Shown: piece after piece, positions 47,127 to 59,730 of the stretch
Layout of the letters: every line of letters starts with the position of its first letter
Numbering within the stretch: the first letter of the stretch is position 1
Assembly (NCBI GenBank): GCA_951804945.1
Contig: OX638151.1
Location: 74,400,001-74,464,000 of the forward strand
From: Podarcis cretensis
Taxonomy: Eukaryota
Direction: 5' to 3'
DNA: 64,000 nt
Made by a program: the position numbers and the translations under genes
Notes under the pieces: generated by a model
The model's input: only the letters and a program-made list of their open reading frames with translations
What the model was told of the DNA's origin: nothing
Database searches by the model: none

Positions 47127-49533
47127 CTAAAATTAAAAGGTTGCATGAAAAATATTTCAGAAGGTAATAGGCATGAGCTTATGTTTGACAAAGAGCTGCT
47201 TATTTAATTAAGTACTTGATTATTGAATCTGGGTCTTACAAAGGAGGGTATCAGCAAAACAAAAGAAAGAAGAAAAATGGTAGGGGGAGATTTTAGGAAC
47301 CACTGGCTTAACCAACTACCTTAAGATATGCCCCCCCCAGCTGATTTACATAGATACTCAAATTTGGTAGGGTGAGTGGTAAATATTTTGTTTGGTTTGG
47401 ACAAGTATCAAGGCAATACACAATTAAAAGTCAAACTGAAGAACTGAATATGTGCTAAAATGGCACCACATCCTTCCTGCCTTTCACACTTCATGCATAG
47501 TAAGTGGATCCTGTATTTAGGAAGGTTGATGCTCAGACTAAATCTACACGTGCAACAGAATGAAGTTTTAGTAGAATATACTTTACCATTCCAGACTATA
47601 GGTGAAGGGTGTTTTAAAATGCTTCCTGACATAACATTCTCCCTGTAAGTAAAAAACTAGCACAGTCAGAGGAAGGAACCATGCTGGATTTTCTGTCCCT
47701 GATGTGCTCATTTTCCTCTTGCAAAGGGATTGATTTTTCTTATGTGGTGAAGCATTCAAAAATGTGCCCCTTCTCTTATTCTGCTGCATATGTAGTCCAG
47801 ACCTCAGAGATGAATTTGGGTGAAAATGGGCAGTTATGGATTACAGGGGGGAAACATTATGGTGTTTGAGGGAAATGTCCGTAACCATCACTTCAGCAGT
47901 AAGTATTATGTGAGTACTTCCAATATCTGGATTCCACTGTCAATACTGCAACAGTTTAAAACTGGGACATCCTGACGTATTTGTAAAACTCCGTTTCTCA
48001 AAGCAAGGTGATTCAGGTTTGCCGGATGTCTTATAATGCTTCCCAGGAAGGCACACGGGGCCACCATCTTGGTGAAGCTGAGCAGATCTGGGTCTCATGG
48101 GTGCCTGGATTGGGGAGCACCGGACAACCGCTTGCATTCCATGACAAGAAGAGAGGTGGAGTATAAATGCAAGAGAATAAACGTCTCCCTCAGAAATAAG
48201 GCACTCGCTGACTGAAACATTTTTACTGCAAGGTAAAATGTTTTTGCTCACCACGGCCTTTGCTATCTGATGAACCTTAAGCATTCCACTGACAGCTTGA
48301 TTGAACTTGATTCTAAATGTAATTGTATATGTTATGATATACAGCATCTTGAAATGTTTTGTGATATGTAGCACCTTGAAATGCTCACATGGCAGGCAGC
48401 AAATTATTTTTTTAAATCCCAGCCAATAGTGTTGGGGGCTGATTCAGATTGGGACCACAGCAAGAGGCAAAGGATTTAAGCCCCCCTAGCCCTTGCCCTT
48501 GGTCCCCTTACAGATTGCCCCCCTTTTATGTCCCCCCCCAAAAAACCACCTAATTGGCATCTCATCTATCTTGGTTCTCAGTCCTGATTCAGTTTGTGAG
48601 GGATGTTGATTTAACTTGGCAAGAAGGTGGAACTTTCCCCCTCTCCTCCTCAAAGTGCCCCAGGAAATTGGTTCCCTTGGGGTCAGGAAAACCCCCAGAA
48701 TAGCACACAGGGGGGTAGTGGTAGGATTCTATATTTCAAGCTGATATGCTTGCACAGTTGGAATGTTTGTAATAGTGGTACCTTGAATTCCACGCCCTAT
48801 GCCTGGGCTGGAGCCCCTAGCAACAAGTTTGCAGCAGTGCCATCATGTGAAACAATTCCTCCATACATTAATGGGTGGAAACTGAGCATGACAATCATAT
48901 GGTTTAACAATTTTAATGATGGGTTCATATTGCTTTTAAAGGTTTTTACATTGCTGTACACCACCCTGATCTTTTGTGAGAGGATGGCATATAAACACTT
49001 TAATTAAATACAGTCAATGAATAAGTAGTAAGAATGAAGACCACGCATCTGTGCTCCATCCTAAAGGCATTCTGATGACTTTGGAACTATCTGGCAATTT
49101 GGAACACCTACCAGGATAACTGCTAGCATTGAAAAGGAACCAATATGCAGTATGGTTCATATGGCTTGACCAATTTACTCCCGCATGGTACACCAGACAT
49201 GTCAATCATTTAACTTTGAAATATGCATAATATTTTAAGACATACGGTACAAAATTTACTATTGATTTAGGCTGCCATCCTGAAGAGGCTTCCGAGGAAG
49301 TAAACACCACTGAGACTTCCTTCATTTTTACTCCAATGCATTGTGCAAAAGTCTTGCTTTCAAATAAAGCATCATTAATTTACCAGGAAGTAATTGCTAC
49401 ACAAGCCAAATGAAGAGGAATCAGATTGAGGAGGCCTCATTCCATACCAATATCACAAGGTCTGGTTTCTTTTTCTAAAGTCTCTCAGGATAATGATGCA
49501 TTTCCCCTGAATCAAGAAGGAGGAGGAGCTGAC

Positions 49534-49769
49534 CTTTGGAGTTGGCTGAGCCAGACCCACCAAGGTCTGCCTTTCAGATGTTGTAGAAACTGCAGCCAGT
49601 TCTAGATTGTGAGGTTCCAGCTGAGTAACAGCAGTGAAGAAAGCTGGGGCAGGTAGAGCTGCAGAAGGGAAATGTGGCGTGGCTCCATTATCCTCCTTGT
49701 GTCCTCTGAAATACAGAGCGACTTGTTTCCTTATTGTGGAAGTTCTTGGTCCCCTTTCATGTTGAACAG
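49534..49769 (-). CDS. NR2E1: Nuclear receptor TLX, exon 4 (T/A box, hinge)
   Basis: ctcag|CT GTT CAA CAT GAA AGG...CCA AAG|gtcagc = (A)VQHERGPRTSTIRKQVALYFRGHKEDNGATPHFPSAALPAPAFFTAVTQLEPHNLELAAVSTTSERQTLVGLAQPTPK; 236 bp. Confidence 0.97.
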
Positions 49770-50664
49770 CTGAGAATAAAAACCTGCATTAGCATGCTAC
49801 TTGGAATTTGAAAAAAAAAAATTTTTTTTGAAGCCCACTGAAAACTTCTAATGGGATTAACTTGCTGTGTGATACATCTCTAATCATATATAAAGACGCT
49901 AAGGTGGTTGTTTGCTATATTGAAGCACCACTTCACTATTTGTTGACTTGCTGTGATGTCATGACATGCTCATATATGTTCTGATTCTTGAGAGTGAAGA
50001 GCAATTGAGTACATGGTATAACTTCTGTGAGGAAAGTGAAACGTTAATTTGGCCAGGAAGGAAACTCATACAGCAATTCTATGTTGAGGGAAAGAAATAA
50101 TGTGTTAGACAAGGGATCTTTACAGAATTAAAGATGTAGAATGAGGGGGGAAGGAATAAAGAGTTTGTCTTAGGGTAGGAGCTGAATTTCATCTAGTAAT
50201 GTGAACTAACTGATCAAATATTCAGCATCAAATCCCCAGTGATATTGAACTATTTTAAATTATGACTAAGGGAGAATCCAAATATTCAGTGACTACATGA
50301 AACATAAAAAGCATAAAGAGACAAACACTTGCTGCTTACTAGGCTGAATAACTGACAAATTAAGCAGCCTCACTAGTATTCAAAGGTAAATGAACATAAT
50401 TCCAATATAGACAACCACAACAGGAATATCACTAAAGAAAATGGACAGCTTTCCTTTTTGGGTAGTCAGTATTCAAATATATATTGATTATTGTCACTTT
50501 GATATGAGCAGCAGAGAATCTCTTATTTTTGTAGCTTTAATTCAAATTAATTGCCCGGCACAGGGAAAAGTAAAGCATCCTAGCCCCATTTTAGAGCATG
50601 GAGAAAAGAAGTGTTTGATTACCAGGACAACTTCAGGGAAATGAAGATATGTACTTTCATCTAC

Positions 50665-51031
50665 CAGCAGTGGGGAACATTTGGTCATCCACAGCTTGCT
50701 GAACTGCAACTTGCATCAGCCCCAGGAAGCATGGCCAATGGCCAGGGATGATGGGAGCTGTAATTCAGCAACATCTAGAAGGCCAAAGGTAACTCAAACC
50801 TGATCAACACTAATGCAGCAATAATGTAATATCAGTTAGATGATGCTCCTCTAGATGCACAGGTGCATATTGTCCCTGCCAATCTACACCCACTCATTTT
50901 CATCAGGCATGGGAAACCCGGGACCTTCCAAATATCTTTGGGCTTCAGCTCCCAGTAGAATGTCCAGCTGTCAGGGCTGATAGGATTTCTAGTCCAATAA
51001 CATCTGGAGATCCAAAGGCTCCCTATCACTG
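50665..51031. mobile_element. Two adjacent decayed hairpin hAT MITEs (50665-50802, 50904-51031)
   Basis: Each has CAG...CTG ends and GGGAGCTGTA / ACATCT(G/A)GA arms like 20481-20615. Confidence 0.7.
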
Positions 51032-51777
51032 ATTAAGATGCTGGCTCTCCTATGTGCAGCAGCATCTATAACCAATATGCGCATGGGAAAGGCAGATCTT
51101 TGGACTGCAGGTAGAAGCATCCAATGCAAACCTGCACTTGCATACGCATACCCTGTGAGTAGCAATCGCTTGCTTGATGGGGCAGCTAAATTTGCTTTAT
51201 CAGCCAGGATAAGTTGAAATTGTGCCCTGCTGGAAGGATGACTGTTCAGAATCCTGGGACCCTGTCAGTGTAGATATTTAACAGCTTTTGTTTGAGGTTC
51301 TTGGGTCCATTTCCTCATATACGATCCTACTGACATACCTGGGAGCTCTTCATTTTTTATTTGTATGCATTCTTTCCATGCATGTCTGCTTGGAAATAAG
51401 TCTCACTGAGTTCAGTGATTCTCACTCCCAGGCAAGATTGCATAGGATTGCAGCCTTTAAAAGTGTCATTTAGGATAGCAATCCTTTTCCTCGTCGGTAG
51501 TTGTATTTCAAAAGGGTCTGATTGTGGACAGTTACTTGCAAGCCAAAAATATAGGCAGATTAAGAGGTTTAGCTTTATAAAGTGAAAAGATAGTTACTTA
51601 GGACAGGTCACAGGAAGAGAATTTTGGGAGACTGTCAATATTGATAGGAACCCTAAGGACAGATCCATTCTCTGGACAATAGTTTTCACAAGCCCATGAT
51701 ATGTTTGCTATCCATTTCTCTCTGGGGTTTTTTTGAGGGGTGGTGGTGGAGGAGGAGGAGGAAGGATGCACAAGTAC

Positions 51778-51865
51778 CGTCTTTGTTCATGTTGACTTCC
51801 AAGCATTTCTTCAGCCGACATGCCCTGCATTGATTCCTATGCGTCTTGTCCACTGGGCAGCCTCC
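51778..51865 (-). CDS. NR2E1: Nuclear receptor TLX, exon 3 (second zinc finger)
   Basis: ttttag|GGA GGC TGC CCA...AAA GAC G|gtactt = [29 protein letters not shown]; 88 bp. Confidence 0.97.
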
Positions 51866-53056
51866 CTAAAAAACAGAGACATATTTCTGAAAAGGGGGAC
51901 AAAACGTGAGTCTCAGTAAGGAAATTCTGAAACAGGAAGGTGTCTGGGGATCCTACTAAGATGTGTAGACCCTTTCTCCCTTCTGCCACTCTCACTTCTT
52001 TTTGAACCAGTGCTGGATGATTGCCAGAAAAAGAAGAATGATGCCCTCCCAGGGCTCTATGAAAATTCCCTGGGGAAGAGTAAGCATTAAAGGGGCGTTC
52101 TAAAATCTCTATATGGACTTCAGCACCCGGGACAGCTCCCTGGCACTTGGAGCCTTTGACTGATCACGATCCTCCAGCTACCCACCTGCCGCCCTAGAAA
52201 GTATCTTCTTCCTCTCGCGTATTCCTCGGTTTCTTGCCCCTTGCTTTTCCCGCAGAGTCATAAATAAATGGTCCCACTGATTTCCACCTAACCGCCAAAG
52301 GTAAAGAGCAGGACTTCTGTGTCAAACAACGTGGCTGCCAGAAAAACAAAATAAAAATCCCGGACCTCTTTCTTTCGAGAAATTTCCCTAGAGATTTGGT
52401 TTCAGTTGAGCCCTAGGCGTCCACATCTCAGCTGAACCTGACTACTAAATAGACTTTACAGACTGAGGGTGCAGTCCTATAGGATTGCGTGGACACTATG
52501 ATTAGGATTTGGTGTGCAGAATACATCACCTGCTGAGCTGTGGGTGGGTGCTTGAAATCTGAGGGTTCAGGCTCGGAGGGAGCTGGCATGAACTTGGGGC
52601 AGGATCCAACCAAAGCTAAGTGCCGCTAAGTCACCTTTAAGTAGGTTAGATGGAAGCTGCAATCATTATACCTACTTAGTTAGGAGAAAGGCCAAGGGTC
52701 CTCAGTGGGACTTACTCCTCAGTAAGCTTTACTCAGACTCCCCTACTAAAATCAATGACGCTTCACTTTCGCTAGATTGTGCCCTCTGATTTCTCAGTCC
52801 CCCATTCCCTTTCAAAATCGAGCAAAGGACCAGAAAGGCTAAGCTGCCCGCTGTATTATTTCACTGTAATATCAGATGTATTAGCCTGGGAACATTAATC
52901 CAAGCCATCAAAGCTGAACCCACTTTCGTGCATCCCTCAGCTTATTTGAGCAAGGCAGTTGGATACGATGATGTTCTCGTTAACGATCACCAAAAGAAAC
53001 TGTTTTCCTTTATTAAATGCCCTCCAAAGCATCACTTCCCCTACTGCACTCTGTTT

Positions 53057-53183
53057 CAGGGATGGGGAACCTGTGGCCACCCAGATGTTCCTGGACCATA
53101 ATGCCCACCATCCCCGAGTAATGGCTATACTGGCTGAGGCTGAACAACATCTGGAGCGCCCCAGCTGAGCATCCCCATCCCTG
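53057..53183. mobile_element. Hairpin hAT MITE
   Basis: CAGGGATGGGGA...TCCCCATCCCTG termini; CCAGATGTT / AACATCTGG inner arms. Confidence 0.75.
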
Positions 53184-53253
53184 CTATACTGGAATCCCTT
53201 CATTACTTGGCTCAAAACAAGGCTTACTCCTATTGCAACCCAAGAGAACAGCC

Positions 53254-53431
53254 ATAGGAACAGAGGCAGTTGCATTAGACTGTGCCAGACCACAGGTTCC
53301 TCTAGCTTTGTCCAGAGTGCCTGGCAGCTGCTTTCCTGTTTCAGGCAGGACCTTCCTGAAGACACCAGGAATTGCGCCTGGGATTTTCTATGGGCGAGGC
53401 AGACTCTCTGCCGCTGAGCTACGCTCCCTCC
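53254..53431 (-). mobile_element. tRNA-derived SINE
   Basis: - strand head GGGAGCGTAGCTCAGCGGCAGAG (A box), decayed B box, tail TGTTCCTATG. Confidence 0.7.
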
Positions 53432-54967
53432 CATCCTCCTGCCAAGCAAGGTCCGATGGATTTTGGCCAGAGTTCATCTATACATGCAACCGCTGCGCCA
53501 CAATTCGAAGCGAGCTGCACCCATTTAAACTTCCATTTGCCACACCTCGGTTAAAGGCAGGGGACAGCCGCCTGCCAGGGTGTGACTTGCCAGAGGGTGG
53601 TGGCTTGCAGCCCAATCTTAAGCACCTTTTCTACTCCGAAGCAAATCTGACTCTGTTTTGAGGGCCTCTCCCCGCACCCCGTGGCCAAAGCATGCAGAGG
53701 AAAAGAGTTGTTTTGTAAAAGATCTGCACCCGGATCCCATGCAGGTCTACTCAGAAGCAAGTCCCCTTTGGTTTCCAGCAGGGCTCCTTTCCTGGTACAC
53801 ATACTGCTGTCCAACAGCAGTAATCGGTTACTTTGGAATCAATCGCTGGTTCTGCTCCGTTTTCTCAGGGGATAATGGGCATGTGAGTATGGCTGTTAGA
53901 GGCTGAAATGATCACTGGCCTGTGAGTGGAGGCAATGAAGAAATGCTCAGTATTTAAAGTAGCTTGTTTTACAATGAGTTTTGGATTGTTCTCGAGCCCC
54001 CGAGCTCCCTTCTAATCCTTCCATTCATTTTGTAAGAATCCTTCTCCTTTGTTCGAGGGCTGTTTAACTTTTGTGGAGGGGGGAAAGGCGGGGGTGGAGA
54101 GAGAAAGAGAGATCAAAATATGGATGTTTTTGAGATTTTCTTTTTAAAACACCCCAAAAAAACCCCACCACCAAAGTTGCAACTATGCCATTTAAATGCT
54201 CAAAAAATCCTCTTTGGTTTCTTGCAAAGGGAGTTTTAATTAAATTTGGTTCCAACTGAGTTTGGCAGCCCCACCCTAAACTTGGTGGTTGGAAATCCCA
54301 TGGTTTACCAGGAATCTTCCAAGCACACCCAGGAACAAGGGACTCGGCAGCAGCGATGGAAAACACCCAACGCAACGTTCCGGGAGAGCAAAGTCTCTCT
54401 CTCTGGCCTGGTCTGCAGTTGCAGCAGAACTAGATGGTGGAAACGGGGTCCTAAAGTTGGTCGAATATGCTGCAGGCTGGATGCCCTGCTTTGAAAAGCC
54501 CCTCTGAAAAAAAGCAAAATTTCCTGCAAGTAGAAAACGAGGAGAAATGTTCTAGTCCAGCCTGCTATACTAGATTTCTATTTGCAGGGAGTTCTTTTCT
54601 TTTTCTATTGGGGAGCGTTCCGACCTTTGCCTGAATTCTGAAGTGGTCTAATATTTGGAAGCCGCCTTTCCCCCTGACAGAAACTCCAGGCGGCTTACAA
54701 AAAGCTCCTTCTTTCCGCAGTCAGCCTCCCGACCCCCTTCTGCTTAAATCACCTCCACGTGATTGTGCCTTCGCTGTTCCTCTTTCAACCACTCCAGACT
54801 CCTCGGTTTCCGAAGCCGGCTTCACTCCGCCCCCTCGACCTCCCGCCCCACTAGACGGGGGGTGGAGATCGCGAGCTCCTCCCTGGTTGCGCCCGCCCAG
54901 AAAAGCGAGGAATGGCTTTGGGCCCGAACGGAGGGCAAGTGGGCGGAAGGAGGCTGGGGGTGAATAC

Positions 54968-55113
54968 CTGGTTCCCAGATTTGCAGACGTAAGTGCGGTT
55001 CCTTCGGATGCTTCGCTTGAAAAACCCGGAGCAGCCGTCGCAGGCATAGACGCCGTAGTGCTTGCCGGAGCTGCGGTCCCCACACACTTTGCACGGGATG
55101 TCTAAAATCCGGC
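54968..55113 (-). CDS. NR2E1: Nuclear receptor TLX, exon 2 (first zinc finger, CDGCSG P-box)
   Basis: ctcag|GC CGG ATT TTA GAC...AAC CAG|gtattc = (S)[48 protein letters not shown]; 146 bp. The CDGCSG P-box is typical of vertebrate NR2E1. Confidence 0.97.
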
Positions 55114-55298
55114 CTGAGGGCGAAGGCGAGAGAAAGAGAAAGAGAAAGAAAAGAAGGTCAGCCCTCTGGCATGGTTAAGTCCGTGATGGGCATCACAGCC
55201 AGGATAACGGGGGCATCTCCAGCGACCAGGGACGCAGCTCGACCTCAGGCCCAAGTCCAGGCAAGTCCTCTGATGATGACAAGGGCGATGAGAAGGAG

Positions 55299-55757
55299 GA
55301 CATTTATATCCCACCTAACATCCAAAGAGCTCAAGGCGGCTTACGTGGTTCTCCCCCTCCCCGTTTCATCCTCACAACCGCCCTGCGAGGTAGGGTTAGA
55401 CTCAGGGACAGTGACTGGCCTGAAGTCACCCAGATTAGCTTTATAGCTGGGTGAAGATTTCATAGAATTGTTGAGTTGCAAGGGACCACGAGAGTGATCT
55501 AATGCGGCTGCCTGCAGTGCAGGAATCTTTTGCCCAATGTGGGGCTCCAACCCATGATCCTGAGCTGTCTCCCTGGACCTTGGCTGACACTCTAATCCAG
55601 GCTTCCCCAACCTGTGGCCCTCCAGATGTTTTTGGCCTACAGCTCCCATGATCCCTAGCTAGCAGGACCAGTGGTCAGGGATGATGGGAATTGTAGTCTC
55701 AAGACAGTTGGAGGGCCGAGGTTGAGGAAGCCTGCTCTAACCACTTCACCGCACTTT
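55299..55757 (-). mobile_element. MIR/Ther1-like SINE with two nested insertions (CR1-tailed SINE fragment 55460-55564; hAT MITE 55598-55734)
   Basis: CCTCACAACCGCCCTGCGAGGTAGG core with head GTGGTTAGAG. MITE TSD CTCTAATC/CTCTAACC; inner SINE ends ATTCTATGA on the - strand. Related SINE at ~57795-57995. Confidence 0.75.
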
Positions 55758-56050
55758 CTCTCTCTACTCAGGGATTGACAGATGAAGGGAGAGGGGGCAC
55801 ATCAAAGAGCTGGCATCAGTATTTCTTCTTCTTTTTAAAACTTATAGTCAGGGAGTTGCAGGATGCATGGGCATGATTACTGATTCCAATTTCATTTAAA
55901 AATATACAGTGCTGCCCTTTTCTGCAAGTGAATGAGCTTAGCACCAGGGCAGCAGACACATTTTATTCCAATGGTCATGGTGGTGCTGTGATTTAAAGTG
56001 AGTTTAAATGCACATGCTGTTATTTTTTATTTTCCATTTTTAAAATCGTA

Positions 56051-56431
56051 ATGGACTGGATGAGAGCCAATAAACTGGATCCAGATAAGACTGAGGCACT
56101 GGTAGTGAATGGTTCCCCAGACTGGAAGGATGGGATGAGGTTACACTCCCTCTGAAGGAGCAGGAAGTAGCTTGGGGTTAGCTTGGGGTTACTTTGGGTT
56201 CCATCATTGTCACTTGAGGCTCAAGTGGCTTCAGGGTCACAGAACGCCTTCCATCAGCTTTGGCTGGTGGCCCAGCAAACTTCTGATTTCTGTTGACTAT
56301 GCTCTGGTAACTTCTCGGTTAGATTACTGCAATGCTTATACATGGATCTGCCTCTGAAGACAGTTTAGAAACTGCAGCTGGTGCAGAATTCAGCAGCCAG
56401 GTTGCTCACTGTGGAAAGATAGCCTGAGCGC

Positions 56432-56469
<38 letters not shown>

Positions 56470-56890
56470 TTATTTATACCACACCCATCTGGCTGGGTTT
56501 CCCCAGCCACTCTGGGCATTTTCCAACAAAATATTAAAAATACGTTAAAACATCAGTCATTAAAAACTTCCTAAACAGGACTGCCTTCAGATGTCTTCTA
56601 AAAATCAGATAGTTGTTTATTTCCTTGCACCAATCCTGGCTCGACTGCACTGGTTACCAGTTAGTTTCTGATCCCAATGCAAAGCACTGGTTCTGATGTA
56701 TAAAGCTCAGGAGCCCCAAATCTCAAGGACCACCTCTCCCCACATGAACTGACCCAGACCCTGTGATCTTCTTTGTAGGTCTGGAGGGTGGCAACACAAG
56801 AGCAGGACTTTTCAGTGATTGCTCCCTGTGTATGGATATCTCTTTCCAGGGAAGCTTGCCTGGCTCCATCACTGCTTAGCTTTTAGGCAC
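56051..56890 (+). mobile_element. Decayed L2 LINE ORF2 fragment with an inverted LINE tail inserted at ~56432-56626
   Basis: WMRANKL, ALVTSRLDYCNA, KLQLVQNSAARLLT and PILARLHWLPV are L2 ORF2 motifs. The insert begins with (AAT)n. Confidence 0.85.
56432..56469. repeat. (AAT)n microsatellite (LINE tail)
   Basis: Direct inspection. Confidence 0.95.
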
Positions 56891-59085
56891 CCGGGGGGAC
56901 GGGACATTTAGGTCTTTGGCTTTTCATTGTCATGGCTTCCATGACTGAGAGGGATGTTTCAATCCACCTATTTAAAAATAGAATTGCCTTTTAGATTTTT
57001 TGTTTGTTTCATTTTAACCTGACTTTAATGTATTTGTTTGTTTTATATTGTAAGTAACTTAAGAGTTACTTTGGTAAAAAAAAGAAAGTGACTAGTAAAT
57101 AAAAATAAAATAAAATAAAATAAAATAATAAAGCCATCCTACATATTAGGATTGTAGAAGCAATTGTAAAACATGGAATGGCCAGGAGGTGATGGTAGTG
57201 GTGAGAAGATCAGTGTTAATTGTGGGCTTCACAACTAAAGTAATACACATGCTCCTTTTAAAAACAACAACATTGAGCCCAGAGTATAAAATCAACTTGT
57301 TGCACCACTCCCAGCTTTTCAGGGACTTCTTTCTGGCTGCATTTGCTTTGATCAGGAGCCCAGCATCTGCAAGTCCTCTCCTGCCATGTTACAGGAGTAG
57401 CAGCAGAAATTCTGGCTGGAGGGGGCGGGAATTAGACGGTGGTACACTCAGGCAGGACTTTGGAACAGAAGTCCAGAGTCTCATTCAGCAGGAGAAGGAC
57501 CCTCAAACGCAGCAGGGTTGGCATATCACATTGTGGAGGAAGTGAAGTAAGAAGCCTTTGCCTATCTAAAGACAACTACCCTCTACAAGACCATTAAGTC
57601 CTCACTTCCCCTCTGGAAACAGAAGCTTGTACTTCCTTAGTGTTGCTACCCTAAGCTCTCCTGCACCCCCAGCCTCTGCACGTTCGCTGGGAATGAAGCA
57701 ATAGCAGGACTTCCGGGCAAATGTGTGCAGGATCCCCAAGTGACTAGGAAATAGTTCCACTGGCTTACTCCTTGTTCAAACAAGCATGGATTTGATTTAT
57801 GCCTTACATTTATCTGCTGCCTTAACTTCCAGGAGCTCAGTGTGCATAGTTTCTTTCCCCATCCCATTTTTCTAACAACAACCCTGCGAGGTGGGTTAGT
57901 CTGAAAGATGGCGATTAGCAGAAGGTTGCTTCATGGCTAAGTGGGGATTTGAATTGGTGCCTCCCCAGCCCTTAATCCAGCACGCCGCTGCTACACTAAA
58001 CAGATTTATAGTCCAGTCTATCCATGTTTACTCAGAAGCAAGATTGAAGCCCAGGGAATTTTCTTCCAAGTAAACTTGCTTGGGAGTGCAGCCTCCTTCT
58101 TTTAGCTCTGGTTGGAAGTAATGATATTTAATCCTGAGCTGGCGGGAACCCGAAAGAGCATCGAGTGTCCAGTCCGCTCATACTGAAACCTGGTAAAGAA
58201 GGAGAATCTACCACCTTCTCGGAGGCAGCCACTGTGGAACAGCTCTTAAAATCAACCAGGTTTTATTTCGATTAAGGGCACATTCCTAAAGACATGAGGC
58301 TCAAACCTAAACCTGTCAGGTGTTAAGTCCTAAGGGAACGAATGGGGTTTGCTTACGAGAAAGCAGGCAGAGGCTTGTCCGATGACTAGGGCAAAGCCCA
58401 GTCATACTCTGGGGGGAACTGCTAAGTAAACACCTGTAGGATTGCGCTGCGCCATCCTCTGGTGCACAGCCGGTGCTTTACAGACCCAGACTAAGGAAAC
58501 GGGAACTTCGCATTAGGTGGGTTATGCCTTAATGTTCTGTGTAGCAGAAGAACCGCTCACCTAATCATACACCCCAGTTCTCTTCTCGCCCCACTTTCTC
58601 AGCCAGAAAGTCCTACTGATGCCAACGGTCCTTACTCTCAAGTAAGCGCGTCCTCACCTGACTAAAAGGAACAGGCTCCAAACTGATACCCGCAAGCACC
58701 AGCATCTACTGGTGGATCATCTCAGCCCCGGGGCGTTTCCGGGGACCTCAAGCCCTCCTTGCAAATGCCTTTGGGATAAAGTTTAGCCGTCAGCCTGCGA
58801 TGGTGGGCAAAGCTACGTTACAGCCGCTGGAACTTGCCGGCAAAATTCAAGGCGCTTAGGATCGGGCTATTCAAAAGTGAGAGCAGCATTTCAAAGGTCA
58901 ACGGGTAGTTCTCGAGGAAAAGTTTGGGAATGTCCCAGCGGCAGTTTCATCCCTGAAGCTGCAGCCCCTTCCAGCCCCGCCACAACGGGAGGCCCCACGG
59001 AGACTGCAATCCTATGGACTGCGGGTTAAGACACTCTGCAAACAGCAAAGGCATTCGAAGGATTGCGTTGCGCCTAAGAGGGTTG

Positions 59086-59240
59086 CAGGGGCGTAGCCTG
59101 GACTTATTTTAGAGGGGGCAGGTTTTTTTGGGGGGGGGGGAGAAAACCGAATTATCTACGACGCAATTGGTCAGTTAGTTAAGTATTTTTTATTTATTTA
59201 CTTGATTGATTTACCCTTCACTCCTATGGCTACGCCCATG
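59086..59240. mobile_element. hAT MITE (family of 19390-19549)
   Basis: CAGGGGCGTAGCC...GGCTACGCCCATG termini; shared core TCAGTTAGTTAAGTATTT. Confidence 0.8.
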
Positions 59241-59683
59241 CTCTGGAGCAAATGTATTTGATAGAATAAAATAATAATGGCATTGTAAAAAGTGAGGAGG
59301 ACTTCGGATCGGATTCGTGCCGGGTCCCATACATTTGCAACCCAGAGGAAAGACCTGCTCTGTTCAAGGTGGCTTACTTCCCAGGTGCAGAGCGGAGGTG
59401 TGCGGCCTTCGCACAGCAGCAGAGGGCCTGCTTCCAAGTTAGGCTGCAATCCAATCCCCACTTACCTGGCAGTAAGTCCCACTGAACTCAGTGGGGCTCC
59501 CTTGTGAGTGGGCAGGCATATGTTTGCAGGGAGGGCAGCCTGAAAGCTGTAAACCTCTTAAGATGGGGCGCAATGAAGTCGAAGGGACTTGGAAGATTTA
59601 GGTGCAAGACACCATCTTTTTGCAGCTGAGCAGGCAGAGAGCAAGAGGAATATTCGGAAAAGGAGACGGAGCTTCCAGCCTTT

Positions 59684-59685
<2 letters not shown>

Positions 59686-59729
<44 letters not shown>
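59686..59729. repeat. (TG)n microsatellite
   Basis: Direct inspection; source of the poly-VC and poly-TH spurious ORFs. Confidence 0.95.

Positions 59730-59730
<1 letters not shown>

Noticed and set aside
53390-53431. tRNA gene
   Set aside because: A box present, but the B box is decayed, no cloverleaf is evident and it continues into a SINE body.
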